Source: Lingula anatina | Taxonomy: Eukaryota > Animalia > Brachiopoda | NCBI GenBank assembly: GCA_051362555.1 | Contig: CM120641.1 | Span: 20,274,001 to 20,338,000, forward strand | Direction: 5' to 3' | Length of the DNA stretch: 64,000 nt | Part shown: positions 23,701 to 35,823 of the stretch, in pieces | How positions within the stretch are numbered: position 1 is the stretch's first letter | How the letters are laid out: every line of letters begins with the position of its first letter | The notes under the pieces: generated by a model | Databases searched by the model: none | Told to the model about the DNA's origin: nothing | The model's input: the letters and a program-made list of their open reading frames with translations, nothing else | Translations under genes and position numbers: made by a program

Positions 23701-26700
23701 TACGAATTTAGACTCATTTAGCCTCCGTGGATAATACATTGTATTTGTAAAAGGAAGAATGTCGTGAATATTTTCGGTTGTTTATCTGTTGCTATAATAT
23801 TAAGGTAATCATTTCCACACAACAGCGTTCAGGAAACGGGCGACTGTGTACCTTCCCATCAAACAATACCTTAAAATCGTAATAACTACTGATAAGAAAC
23901 TTGTAACGAGTCCTAGATATCAAAGAGGATCTCCATTTGCCGCTTCCTATTTGCGCCGAATGGCTATAACTCTATAATTAGAGTCCAAATTAACCTGGCT
24001 AACTGGGGGATGTTCCGTTAGGTAGACGGAAGCCTCTGCTATCACATATCCTGTACAAACGAGATAGATAGTGCAGGGAAATCCTGAAATTACCATCAAA
24101 ATTAATCAGATTACAAGCAAATGAATAACCCGATTAATCTTGTCTATTCACAGGTAGCCCCAGAGAGCTCATCTATCGAATGGCCAACCAATCCTCTCTC
24201 GAAGTCGGGGAGACATGGACTCGGGGACCCACCACCACTACCAGTTCCATTCGCTTGGATTTCAAATACAGAGTAATATGTGACAAGAATTACTACGGCA
24301 GTGGCTGCACAGACCTTTGCCGGCCAAGGGATGACCGGTTCGGCCACTGGAACTGCACGGCCAATGGCACCAAAGTCTGCCTGGACGGATGGACAGGCCC
24401 TTACTGCGATAAAGGTAAGAAGGAAATTAAAGAGACTAAATTGAATCCTATTATCAAGAACATTTACTTTCTCTTCCGTTAACTATGTCTAGACAGCAAG
24501 GGGTGGAAGGGAGGGAGAAATTAGTCAAGTTAGTGGACTGCTGTCTATATAGGTACTGTGACAGGACCTCATACCATCAGTGCCATGTCACTTAACAATC
24601 TCCATCAAATATTTACACATTCAAATAGTCCACCATCGGCAGCGCGACACCGAGTCCCCTTCGCTCAACTCACGTAGTCAAGTAGCACCTTCGTCCAGAA
24701 TTAACGCACCTGCCCCAGGACAATTAGCCCCCCATCAGCAAAGTTAACTGCCCAATGACCAGCTGTCAAGACGCGATGCCATAAAGGATTACGTCATTAA
24801 AACAAGCTGACAAGGGAGGGTTTCCCAATTATGGCGTCTGACAACGGCCCCTCGTATTGCAATCTCCGCGTCGCCTAGTCACAGGAACTGCAATTTAGAC
24901 GTCTTGCCTGTTCTTCACTAATGTCTACCCATGTCAATCAATTTGTCACCGGTCTCTTCCCTTTCATTCATGTCCCTTACCCGAGCCACATCACGGCGGA
25001 ATAACATAGCTGGCAGGCGGATGCTCCTGGTAGTCATTAGTCTTTGCCAAATATTTACAAGGTGAAATTAAACTTGCCACTTGCTAACAAAAAATCTTCA
25101 AGTTAGGTTTAAGTAACGCTTCCCTCTCATTCATTCATTTTTTATCGCAAGTATGTAGCTGAGAACAGTTTTATTAGAGGAAGAAATTTTTGGAATCCCT
25201 TTCTAGTTGCCTTAAACTTAAAGACCACTAATCGGGACTGTCCATCAGTACATTTTCAAGACTTGTGTCTTTAATCCCAAGATAGATCACGTCTAGAACG
25301 CGTTGTGATTCACAAAGGTTGGGTCATAATAGTGTACGTCCCCTTGGCGTGAGAACCTCGCCATTTCCCACACCCGTTTGGTCATTGTCCGTTGCACAGA
25401 CACAAACCCCTGCCATCAATAATTGACAAAGAGCGCACGCTCTACCCCGGGCCGCTTGACAGAAAAAGTCAATAATTCCCCCGTTTTAATCGTTATGAAT
25501 TTATGCCAGAGATCAAAAGACTCCTTGTGTCACAGAACAACAGGTCGTTACGCAGAGCCAAGCCCTGTGCTTATTTAATCCGTTCTTTACCACTGCTGTA
25601 GTGACAGTGTGTATATAGAAAGACGAGTAGACATTACAAAGGTCTCCCCGAAGCGTGGTCGCTCTATCTTGGCATCAAGCCGGTCGCGTGGCTTAAGTCG
25701 GGTGGTATATACTTTCTTCATGGAACCGTGTTACAACGCTTCAATGCATCGTACACCTCTATATAGCAAGACAGGGTTGCCATGGCTTTAGTTCTGTAAG
25801 AGAAATGTCCCCATGTGTCAGATGTTTGCTGACCCAGAACAGCTTGACAACAAAGTGACTGAAAGACAGAAATAAGTGCATTCGTACAAATGGTGTGTTA
25901 GATTGGTAGACGAGGCCTACACCTGTCGGTTCACACACATTGGGACTTTGGAGACCCCATTTCAAATACTAATCTCTCTGTTAATCTACATATTTTCCCT
26001 AATATTGTTTAGGCTTTAGATCTGCGCAGTATAAGGTAGTAATCGACCAAAATAGTTCAGTTTATCAACTTTTCATTAAATTCTTTCCGTCGCTACAAAC
26101 AAGTGAGCGTGCTTGCGGTTTTGTGTAGGAGGTCACGTGGTCGGCCAGTATAACCTGGACGTAATGCTCTAATTTTTGACCACAGGATTCCGTAACACAG
26201 CTGTGGCCTTATCAGTGACCATTGTCTCAACCCTCATGACCAGATGCCCCTAAATCTAAAGGTGCGAGTTGATACAGGGGGACTTTTTCATAGGATTAGG
26301 TCTCCCTCGACTCGAGAACAAAGGTAGTAGCGGAGCGCCACGCGCCTCTTCATTGTTGTGTACGAGGTAAATTGACAGCTGGCTCGTAATATATATTCTT
26401 GCTGCAGCTGTCAAAGAACAGCTACTCTATATAGTCCCTGCCAGCTGCCTTTGGTGTCCTCTAATGATTGATACTACACATTTGCTTTCAAAGACATTAT
26501 TAATAAAGAAAATAAATAAGAAACTTTTTGTTTTAACTCAGATGAGCGTAAACAAGAAAATAAAATACGAAACGTTCGCGTTGCTTTGATAGACATCGCT
26601 ACTTAAATTCATTCACAATATGTAATTATAAACCAAGTTCAAAGACAGTAATATATATCACGAAAGCAAACATCAAAATTATGTGAAATAACTTTCCACC

Positions 26701-29700
26701 AAATGAAACGGAAATTAGCCTTAACTGCGTACAATTGCAAGTGAACTAGAACGCGAACTTCGGGTTTTGTAGTATATTGCACTTATATTTTCTGAAAGAT
26801 AACCGCAAGTTACGCTAATGAAAGCCCTGGGCATCAAAAGACAGGTCGGTGAAATTTTCCGAAAGATTAAACAAACAGCAACCCGGGGTCGTGTTTCCTG
26901 CACAAAAGCCGTCTCTTAACATCCACATCGAACCAATAATTTGGACGGCGTTAGGGTATGGTGACTAAAACGCCACAAGTTTTTCTTCATCGATCTTGTA
27001 TAGACTGTGGCTTTCGTTAGCCATCGATTCCTGCGTACGTTTGGTAAACACTCTGTGGTCTTTAGTCCCCGAGTCAAAGAGTGCAATGTAACCGCTTCGG
27101 CCCGTCGTTCTCAAGTGACTTACCTGCAAAGCGAAGAATCGCTTCATCGATAACAATGTTTAGTAAAACACTGTCAGACAATGAAAACAATACACGTTTA
27201 TGAATTATTAAGCAACAGAAAAGAAACTTCGTTTCTCTAATAAACCCACTCGAAATAAATGACTGAGAAATTTGAGCTGGCGATTTCGGATAAGCGTGAA
27301 AGGCTCGTCTCTCATGTAAGCTTGTTCTTCTGATAAAGGAGCTCTTATTACTACTCGCCACCTTCTGAGTGTGAGATAAACTTCGACTTTGCTAAATTTT
27401 TCTTTTCTTTATTTTTTCCAGCTATATGTTTGTCTGGCTGCCACTCCGAGCATGGGACGTGCACCAATCCAAACGAGTGCATGTAAGTAGTAATGTTGAT
27501 AATTACATCAGACTAGTTGGAATAAAGCATGAATTGGGAGCTGAGGCAGGAGTAATGAACAAACTGTGGTTTACTAGGCGCGAGTTCAATTGACTGACGT
27601 AAATCTCTCCACCTTTATGTAAGGTGCATGGGGTGCAAATACTACAGGGCTCGTAGTTGTAACTAAGGATTAGCAATTTTCTCCTTCCCCAGATAACATA
27701 CAACTATCAATTCTAGGTAATTAACGCCGAAATCACCTGGAGGCCCAGTGTTAATACTAAAGTATAGCGCAGCCATGAGTCTAAAAATAAAGTCCATTAA
27801 TATTTCTTTCGGTAAATATTTTCATCTTGCACTCCATTTCTGGTGGGAAAAATGCTGCGAAATAATTTTGGGTTATAAAGTGACAGCTCACCTAAAAGTT
27901 AAGCATTGGCGATTTTTTCCCTAACATTAAATTGCTTTTTGGTAATCATTTAAATTATTCACTTTGAAATATTTTAATTGGTCACAGGGGAGGGTAGATT
28001 TTTTTTACTCTCGAGGTTAACTGTTGTTGTCTATGCAAAATTGGCCCTAGGCAGAGATGCAATCTAGTATAGGAAGTGGTAGTATAAGTGTATACACCTG
28101 TGTGATAAGCTTCAATGTATGTCCCTGCCTGGTAGCTGCTAATCCAGCACTGTCATCATCCACTCTACTCAGAACAAAAGGAGGGAGCTGTGATTTCTAA
28201 TAAAAGCCTGCCAGTGCAACATTAATTCCACAAGATCGAGAAAAGATCAGGCACATTTCCCGTATTCTTTATCCTTTTTGGGTTCACACAGGTTTAATTG
28301 CAACTCTAATCAGCATAAGAAAGATTTCGTTGAGCCATCAATAGGTGGAGGCTGTCATTTGCTCTATCACAAAGACGTGGTGACCTAGAAAGCTATAGTT
28401 GTGGTCGAAATATTTATTATTCATTAACACGACATGATATGCTGGTGATCCTGTATGGATATGTAGCAATATGATGAATACATATGTAGGGCACTGAGTA
28501 ATGTTAAATATATCTATCATATATGAAACAAAAGGAAATAAAGACTCTTGAAATTTAATTATTTAATGAAAGATCAACTTGCATTTAATTTGTTATATTT
28601 TTAATGTTAGGTTTTATTCTTTTTCTGCACATTTTTTAAATACTGTTATAGTTACCACATTTTACATTTATTTATTCTTTTTGTTTTTTTTTTAGATGTC
28701 GTTTGGGTTGGCAAGGGCGCTTTTGTGATGAATGTGTGGTGTACCCGGGTTGCGATACCAATCATGGGACTTGTAATGAAGCTTTTCAGTGCAACTGTGA
28801 AGAAGGCTGGGGTGGATCCTTCTGCAACCAAGGTGAGGTGAAATTCAAAGAAATTCTCAAACCTTAGTAAGGAGTACTTAAAGGGCAGTTGCTTAATCTT
28901 CGAAAACTCTTAAACAGCCAATTTACAAAAAAGCCTCATTCATATACTCAAACCTGCAGAACAGATCACAAATTACAAGACAGGCAACCTTTTCCAGTAA
29001 TTTGGCTACCTCTTACATTTCCTTAAATGATAACTTCAACATGATTTGTGGTAAGAGTTTGCAACGCAGAAGCTGCTGTGTAGTGCATTTAGTCAAGTAG
29101 TATCCTAGTAAGCAGTGCAATGAATGAGAGCTTCTTGGCACAGAGCCAAATCCCTAACCATATTATCATCATCTGGCGCAAGCATCAATCTTGCTTCTGC
29201 AGAAATTCATAAAGAATTAATTTGAATGTTGCCTACTCTCACTTTCCTGATAGCATTTCACACTCTAGTATCCATTGCTACTACATGTACACAAATCATT
29301 CATAGACAAAACCTCTCGTGGTAATGAATAGCTGGTCATCTAAATGATTCAATTACTGAATCGTGCATGATTTTTTCTACGGAATGTGGAGGACAGAATG
29401 ATAACATGCACAGATGGCACATCGATTACGGTCTGATGTTCACCTACAAATGCTTCTCAAACAGGCATCACCTGTGCTATTTAATCTCTCTCTCATGCCG
29501 GTTTGAAATGTGAAAAATTAATATAAATTAACATTTTTGTTTTTATTCATTTCTAGATCTCAACTTCTGTACACATCATCAGCCGTGTAAGAACAGTGCA
29601 ACATGCACCAATACTGGGCAGGGCAGCTACACCTGTACATGTCCCATAGGATTCACAGGGACAAACTGCGAGATAGAGGTTGACGACTGTCACCGTCAAC

Positions 29701-32700
29701 CTTGTGCAAATGGAGGGACTTGTCAAGTGAGTATAAATTATTCTAGAAATAAAAATAGTAAAAGGATTAATAAAAAGAAACTACTCACTTTTTTGGCCAA
29801 TATATCATTGATTTTAGAATTTATTGTTTTATCAGTTTTAGAATAAATAATAAACTAAAAGAATAATCTGCATGAAAGAACCCTGGTTTCTACTCTCCTC
29901 TCCCTCACGCTATTGGTAGTAATTCCAGACAGCAATACATCATTTATGCACAGTATCATCACCAAAGCTTTCATTAAGCCTGTGTGCTGATTACTCAAGA
30001 ATTAAAAATTTTCCCAGGCAATGCCTTATCAATCATGATAAATTGCTGTAAAAGGACACTGGAGTGGCATTACTATAGTGACAGAGCACTATGCAAGTGA
30101 TGAAAATATATCTAGAGAGTAGTCTCTCATAACTGGTCGTTGTTCGCTTATCCGGTAAATAGTCCATGCAGGTCTTCTGAGTAATAATAATGAAAATATT
30201 AGAAGTCTGTGATGTGGGATGGAGCATCTCCTGCATATCAAATTAATATTAATACTAATACAGCTCTTTTTTGTTGTATTCATATATTAATTGCTTGCAT
30301 TTTTTATTTTTCAGGACCTTGGAACCAGTTACAGGTGCATGTGCCCACCGGGTTTCCATGGTTACCACTGTGAGTCAACAGCAACAAGCTGTTCTGCGTT
30401 ACCGTGCAAGAACCAAGGGGTGTGTCGCGATGTTGGCGACTCGTACATGTGCATGTGCCAGGCTGGATACACGGGAACTAACTGCGAAAATGAAATTAAT
30501 GAATGCCAGTCCAACCCTTGCAAAAACAGTAAGTTATATGTTAAATACTAGTACAAACCCTTTTCCACCTATTATAATTATTTAATATTTGATGAGTCAA
30601 TGGAGTTACATAAATAAAAGAATCCCCACTGGCATTTCATTGCTTGCTTGGTAAATAGTGGTCTGTGTGACATATACCATATCAAGTACCATTTGCTTAT
30701 TACTGATCACAATAAAAAAGTCAATTCATCAAGAGCATTTTTTCATTCGGTAAAATGCCTGTGATTGGGGCACTGTGAATGGCCATTGAAAAAGACAGAA
30801 ATCTTCATAGTGTATCTACATTATTTAGTGACATCCTATACCAATCACAGAATTACACTGAACTCAAACATGGCAGCGTGCTTTCACTCCCGACCTAGGC
30901 TTTTGATAATGTCAGTACACAATGAATATGAATAATGCTGGCAAGAAGCATGGTTTGTTAATCTTCACTAGGTAAAAATGAGTTGACTCAGTACTTAGTA
31001 CATGCAACTAGACATGGCACACGGAATGAAATATGACATTCAGTTTTCACGCACAAGCTGTGCACAGCAAGATAGGGAACTTCTGGGATATTGAAAATTT
31101 TATCTAGCTTCAACTGAAGGGTGGTTTTAATTGATGTAGCATGTTCTATTATGCAACTGCTTGCAATTACTGGCAATCCTAACCAGCTGTCAATAGATCA
31201 CTTAGAAATATAATATAATTTCAAAGGCATATGCCATTGTCCCAGAAAGCATGTTAATGTCAGGCTCATAGAAAACAATGAATGGGTTTGCTGTAAATGT
31301 GTCTCTCTCTTCCTATCACATGGCTTATGAGAACAAGCAGTTGTGTATGAAGAGCTTTATCAGCAATTGACCACATTATTGTTTTAGTGGTCTTGTTCAG
31401 TAGCTATGGAAGCATAGAAACATTAATAAGTCCCAGGCAATATTTCACCTGGAATGAAACATTTAGGTATGGAGTGACATTTGCAGAGGTCTTCATTCAA
31501 GTCCCTTGCAAATTCATATCCAAAGGCAATTGATTATAACTTTGACAGTTCTTCATTACATAACTCAAACTGTCATGCCGGTCAAGTTACACTGGCAGGT
31601 GGCTGGATAGAAAAAAAAAGGAAAAGGAAAAAAAATCAAGGATCACATCTGCTCAAAGGAAATTTTATTTCTTCTTAATCATGATTACTTTCCCAACAGT
31701 AATACAATTTGGTATTATCTGCAGGCCTTTTCCCTCAACTCTTGCATCGTACTACAGAGCTATTTACTACAATGAAACTTACTACTAATATCCACAACTT
31801 GTCCATGATAGCTGTTTATATAGATTTTCTTTCAACTGAAGATGATGGAAATTGCCAGTCTTTAGCAATAAGCTTCTTATGCTACTTAGTGCACTCACTA
31901 ATCTTCTTTCTTGCATGGTCAATAAACACTTTCTATTGTGATTCAATGACTGCCGCAGAGGATAGCTGCTACTATTTCTACTAAGAATGGGAAAAATATC
32001 AATGGAAAAAATAAATTAATGTCATTTGCCTGCCTTTAATTAAAACAATAAAAATGACAATACTCTTGAATAATGTCATTTATGTATTTTTGTTTGTTCT
32101 TCAGATGCAAGATGTGTGGATGAATTGGACGGCTTTCGTTGTGTATGCCCTGCTGGATTTAGCGGTCTTACATGTGAAATTAACTACAATAACTGCGAAA
32201 ACAACCCATGCATGAACGGAGGACAGTGTATAGATGAAGACAATAATTATAGGTGTCAATGCCTCCCCGGATTTGTTGGACCAGTTTGCGAAACTACTGT
32301 TAATTTCTGTATCACTGCACCTTGTGCAAATGGAGGCACATGCATCGAAGTGGTCAACAGCTTCAAGTGCACATGTGCACCTGGATTTACTGGCACTACT
32401 TGTTCTCAAAACATCGATGACTGTGCTTCATCCCCATGCAAAAATGGTGGAACATGCAGAGATAGAGTTGCTGAGTATGAATGTTCCTGCCCGACTGGTT
32501 TCTATGGAAGGGACTGTACAGAAACTACAGCTACTGCTCCACCAGTGACAAACAACGAGACACCAGTTGAGTCAGGAAGCACAGTAAATAGTAAAACACC
32601 AGCCAGCCAAGTCAAGAGTGACGAGGAAGATGATTCTCTAACTATGCAGCAGATAGTTCTCATTGTTTGCCTTGGAGCTGGGATCCCCATTGTTATAATA

Positions 32701-33754
32701 ATCTTTGTTGTCATCTTCTTCTTGTGCAAGAAGTCCAGAAATGAAAAGAGTGTGGAAGCCGAACAGAACGAAGCAAACAGTATGAACAATAAGCAGTGTA
32801 TACAGAAAAACATATTAAACAGTTTTCCATCCAAACCACTTTCATCAAAAGTGACAAATGAAGAAATAGACTTCAGTCCAAAAGCTGCAAACTCAAAGCA
32901 GCACAACTTAGAAAAAAGTACCAACAAAAACTTTAAAGACAATAACAATTCAAACGAGGAAAACTCGTTAGACTCTATCATCATAGACACTAAGTCAAAG
33001 AAGCAATATAAAAAGGTAGACAGCGATGCCATGTCCATTGAATCTACAGTAGTCGATATTAGGTAATTATCATTTTGTGCTTTGTTCTATCGATTCCTAA
33101 TATATGTACCTTTACTTCAAATGAATACTAGCTAATAAGACTAATTTAACAATGGAAATCCATACTGCTTTTGTATTTGGCACTTGAATCTGCAATTGGT
33201 CAATGCAAAGTAAATAGCTCTTGCCTTAGAAGCATTGAGAAAAAATTCAATTTGCTTATTTTAAATAGACTTAATAGGAATTGTAAATGACAAAGGATAA
33301 AGCATATTAGAAACATTATGTGGTTAAAAGTCTCTTAAAACTGATATAAAGGTGTTGCTTTTATTTATCACCTTTGAGACATATACTGATGAAAGTAACT
33401 TGAGATGTATTGACCAGACAGGGCCTAAGTGTGGTGCTTTAAGTTCTGGCGTAGCGATTACTGAAGACAGCTCAATATAATATTGATGATTTAACAAAGG
33501 TGAGGCTTGGCATAACAAGCACATTGCCTAATGTTGTCCTACCTTCTTTGCATATTCTGGACTCAAATGCTAATTCAGCTTTTTATTTTGTATTTTTCAG
33601 TGAAACACAAGACATCCATGTGGTGAAAGAGAAAAATACTGTTGACAGTATGGACCCTTCCAATCATCTATATTATGACTACGAAAAGCATCGGCACCTG
33701 TATCCATCTACCACATGTACAACGCAGGACGGAATGCTTGCGACAGAAGTATAA
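20694..33754 (+). CDS. Dl: Notch ligand Delta (Delta-like protein 1 homolog), 10 coding exons, 2385 nt / 794 aa; join(20694..20762,20930..21229,21689..21749,24154..24414,27422..27482,28696..28832,29557..29726,30315..30528,32105..33062,33601..33754)
   Basis: All introns are GT-AG with compatible phases. The spliced product has a signal peptide, MNNL (SGVFEL...[13 protein letters not shown]...CTFG...[15 protein letters not shown]), DSL ([26 protein letters not shown]), 9 EGF repeats, a TM segment and an ATEV C-terminus. There is no vWC cysteine-rich domain, so it is Delta rather than Serrate/Jagged. Confidence 0.96.
20930..21229 (+). CDS. Dl: Delta exon 2 (MNNL/C2 domain)
   Basis: Acceptor ttttttcag|; [14 protein letters not shown]...FPFDFSWP; donor ccg|gtaaga; 300 nt. 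Confidence 0.95.
21689..21749 (+). CDS. Dl: Delta exon 3 ([20 protein letters not shown])
   Basis: Acceptor ttccacag|, donor cag|gtaagg; 61 nt; hallmark [11 protein letters not shown]. Confidence 0.95.
24154..24414 (+). CDS. Dl: Delta exon 4 (end of MNNL plus DSL domain)
   Basis: Acceptor ctattcacag|, donor aag|gtaaga; DSL cysteine pattern; 261 nt. Confidence 0.95.
26130..26450. promoter_or_regulatory. Candidate intronic enhancer in Delta intron 4
   Basis: CAGCTG at 26198, 26376, 26405 and 26442; CACGTG at 26134; Sox-like GAACAAAGG at 26316; GCCACGCGCC at 26337. Confidence 0.4.
27422..27482 (+). CDS. Dl: Delta exon 5 (EGF1 first part, [19 protein letters not shown])
   Basis: Long polypyrimidine acceptor ending ttccag|; donor at|gtaagt; 61 nt. 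Confidence 0.93.
28696..28832 (+). CDS. Dl: Delta exon 6 (EGF1-EGF2, DOS motif region)
   Basis: [19 protein letters not shown]...HGTC...[14 protein letters not shown]; acceptor tttag|, donor aag|gtgagg. Confidence 0.95.
29557..29726 (+). CDS. Dl: Delta exon 7 (EGF3 to start of EGF4)
   Basis: [29 protein letters not shown]...; acceptor ttctag|, donor caa|gtgagt; 170 nt. Confidence 0.95.
30315..30528 (+). CDS. Dl: Delta exon 8 (EGF4 to start of EGF6)
   Basis: [14 protein letters not shown]...[10 protein letters not shown]; acceptor tttttcag|, donor aca|gtaagt. Confidence 0.95.
32105..33062 (+). CDS. Dl: Delta exon 9 (EGF6-9, transmembrane ~32653-32727, intracellular domain)
   Basis: In frame with ORF 32116..33066; [27 protein letters not shown]; acceptor ttcttcag|, donor ag|gtaatt. 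Confidence 0.95.
33601..33754 (+). CDS. Dl: Delta exon 10 (terminal, ...QDGMLATEV*)
   Basis: Acceptor tatttttcag|; phase-2 join restores the frame; ends in the ATEV PDZ-ligand then TAA. Confidence 0.93.
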
Positions 33755-34765
33755 AATCACAGACTCTTCTCTATTCACGATATACAAAGCTGTAAAATAT
33801 GCATAATGTAAAAAATAGTGTAAAGTGCCTTTGTTTGTACAAATGCAGTCTAGAACTTTTTTTATTCAATTTGTCCAATCATCATTGTTTGATGAACATT
33901 GTGTTTTTCTAAAGTAATTTAATTGAACAATTAATGCTCTCTCTTAATCATATATAAAGATGGCTCAAAGCCAGTGTACAAAGTATGCAAATTGCATAAA
34001 TGCTGCAATAAGTTATATGACAAATTAAATTAAAGCTAAATTATTGAACTAAATTATTGGTAATGAAAGTAAAGGAACTAGTCCAAGCTTTAGAAGAAGA
34101 TGTAGGAGGTAGACGTAGCGCATTCTTGCTGATGTGTCTGATGCTTTACGAAAACTTGGTGCATATGCATGTGCGTGACCTGCTATTCTGTCTCACTATT
34201 GTGTTCTGACTCAAGCACAGTCTGGGGTCTCTGGCCTACCAGCAACTTTTGACATATCTGTAATGACACTGTTTCCCTGTAGACTTTAGAATACGACATA
34301 GAGCCCTGTACTTGTGCATTTATCAGTATTATTATCAATTGTGCTATTATGAAAGTGAAGGTGCTTGCTTATGACAAAAATTCAACAAAAAAAATCTTAA
34401 AGCAGTGTTAGCAAAGTGTGTTTGTGGAATTTATTATATTTTTTTTGTCTTGCCAAAGTTCTGTGCTACTATGTTGCTGACACAGCTCTTACTGCCAAAT
34501 AAGGGAACAAAGATCACATGATCAAGCACTGTTACCATGGTGACACCCCAGCTGAAGACCAGAGACCCCTATATACGTGTTCAATGTCATGAGCAAGGTT
34601 GTTCTGAGAATCGAGTCAATTTCACTCACTGTGATGCTCTTTTTGTACATATTATGTATATTTATAGGAAGATAATTGTACATAGAACTGTATTTAATAC
34701 TATCTATTGATACTATGGTATTTACAATAATACAAAATAAAAAGGTCACAATGCTGACTATTTTT
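33755..34765 (+). other. Dl: Delta 3'UTR (~1 kb)
   Basis: AU-rich sequence between the stop codon and the AATAAA/GU-rich element; end approximate. Confidence 0.65.
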
Positions 34766-34808
34766 TCAAAATATATTTACTGTTTCATGTGTTCTTTCTG
34801 CTTGTTTT
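34736..34808 (+). terminator. Polyadenylation signal of Delta (AATAAA 34736-34741 plus downstream GU/U-rich element)
   Basis: AATAAA is followed ~40 nt later by tgtttcatgtgttctttctgcttgtttt. A second AATAAA lies at ~34895. Confidence 0.6.
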
Positions 34809-35800
34809 AAGAAAAAATCTTTCTTCTGGTACTATCTCTGTTTATCAAGTGCTTTGGCAATTTTTATTTTTATTACGTCTTAACTCATCATAGAAATAAA
34901 TATCTTTAAAAAAAGTCAAAGAAGAGGCTGTATTAATATTCAGTAACACAGTCTTACTCAATCTGATAATTATTTTGGTGTCAGTTTAATGCTACAGAAT
35001 CTAAATGTACAAGAAGTGAAAATGCGATATTCAGTTGTCAAATTAACTTGTGTACATAGTATGCAAAAGAAACATTAGACCTCCACCTTTTGAAACCAAA
35101 CACTAATTACCATGAAGTCAAAAGATGGAGAGCACAAATTAGTGACACATTAGACTTATAACATGTATTAGACTGAAGCCATTTTAGGTTTAAAATCTTC
35201 ATGAGATGACAAAATCAATTCACCAGATACTCCAATATCTGGAACATAAGAACCCCCCACCACCCCCTACATTCCCAGCCTCCTCTCCGGAGATGTCACC
35301 ACATTGCTGAAAGTAAAATTCCTGTTGAATTTACTTGGTCATCTCAACACAGATTTCAGACCTGGAAAGGTTTTATTTAAAAACCAGAGTGAACAGGCTA
35401 ATATGAGGTAGAAATCACAAACTGTAACTGAACAATGACACAGACATGTATTTGCAAGATTCAACACCTGCATTTCTGCTAGCAGGTGACACACAGCTTT
35501 TCTGGACTGCATCAATTATGCATGTCTGCTTTCCATACTGTTCTTTTCATGCAATACAAATTAAATACAAGAACTTGTTTAAGCAATTTCATTGTATCAC
35601 CATATTCACTAGCAATTACTATATGAATTAACATACACGCATTTGACATTTGACAAACTATGTGGTTGGTGAATTTATTTTTATGTCATCACTGTGGTGA
35701 GCTTTGCCCTTTAAGCATTTTTCTTTGTTTTCCACGTCATAATATAATAACTCATCAAATTCATAGAGAGAATGCATAACACAGAGACCAATCACTAAGC

Positions 35801-35823
35801 AAAAAAAAAAAAAAAAAAAAAAA
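35801..35823 (+). repeat. poly(A) tract
   Basis: A23 run. Confidence 0.9.

Noticed and set aside
32101-33038. Alternative-frame and antisense ORFs over Delta exon 9
   Set aside because: Shadows of the real coding exon.
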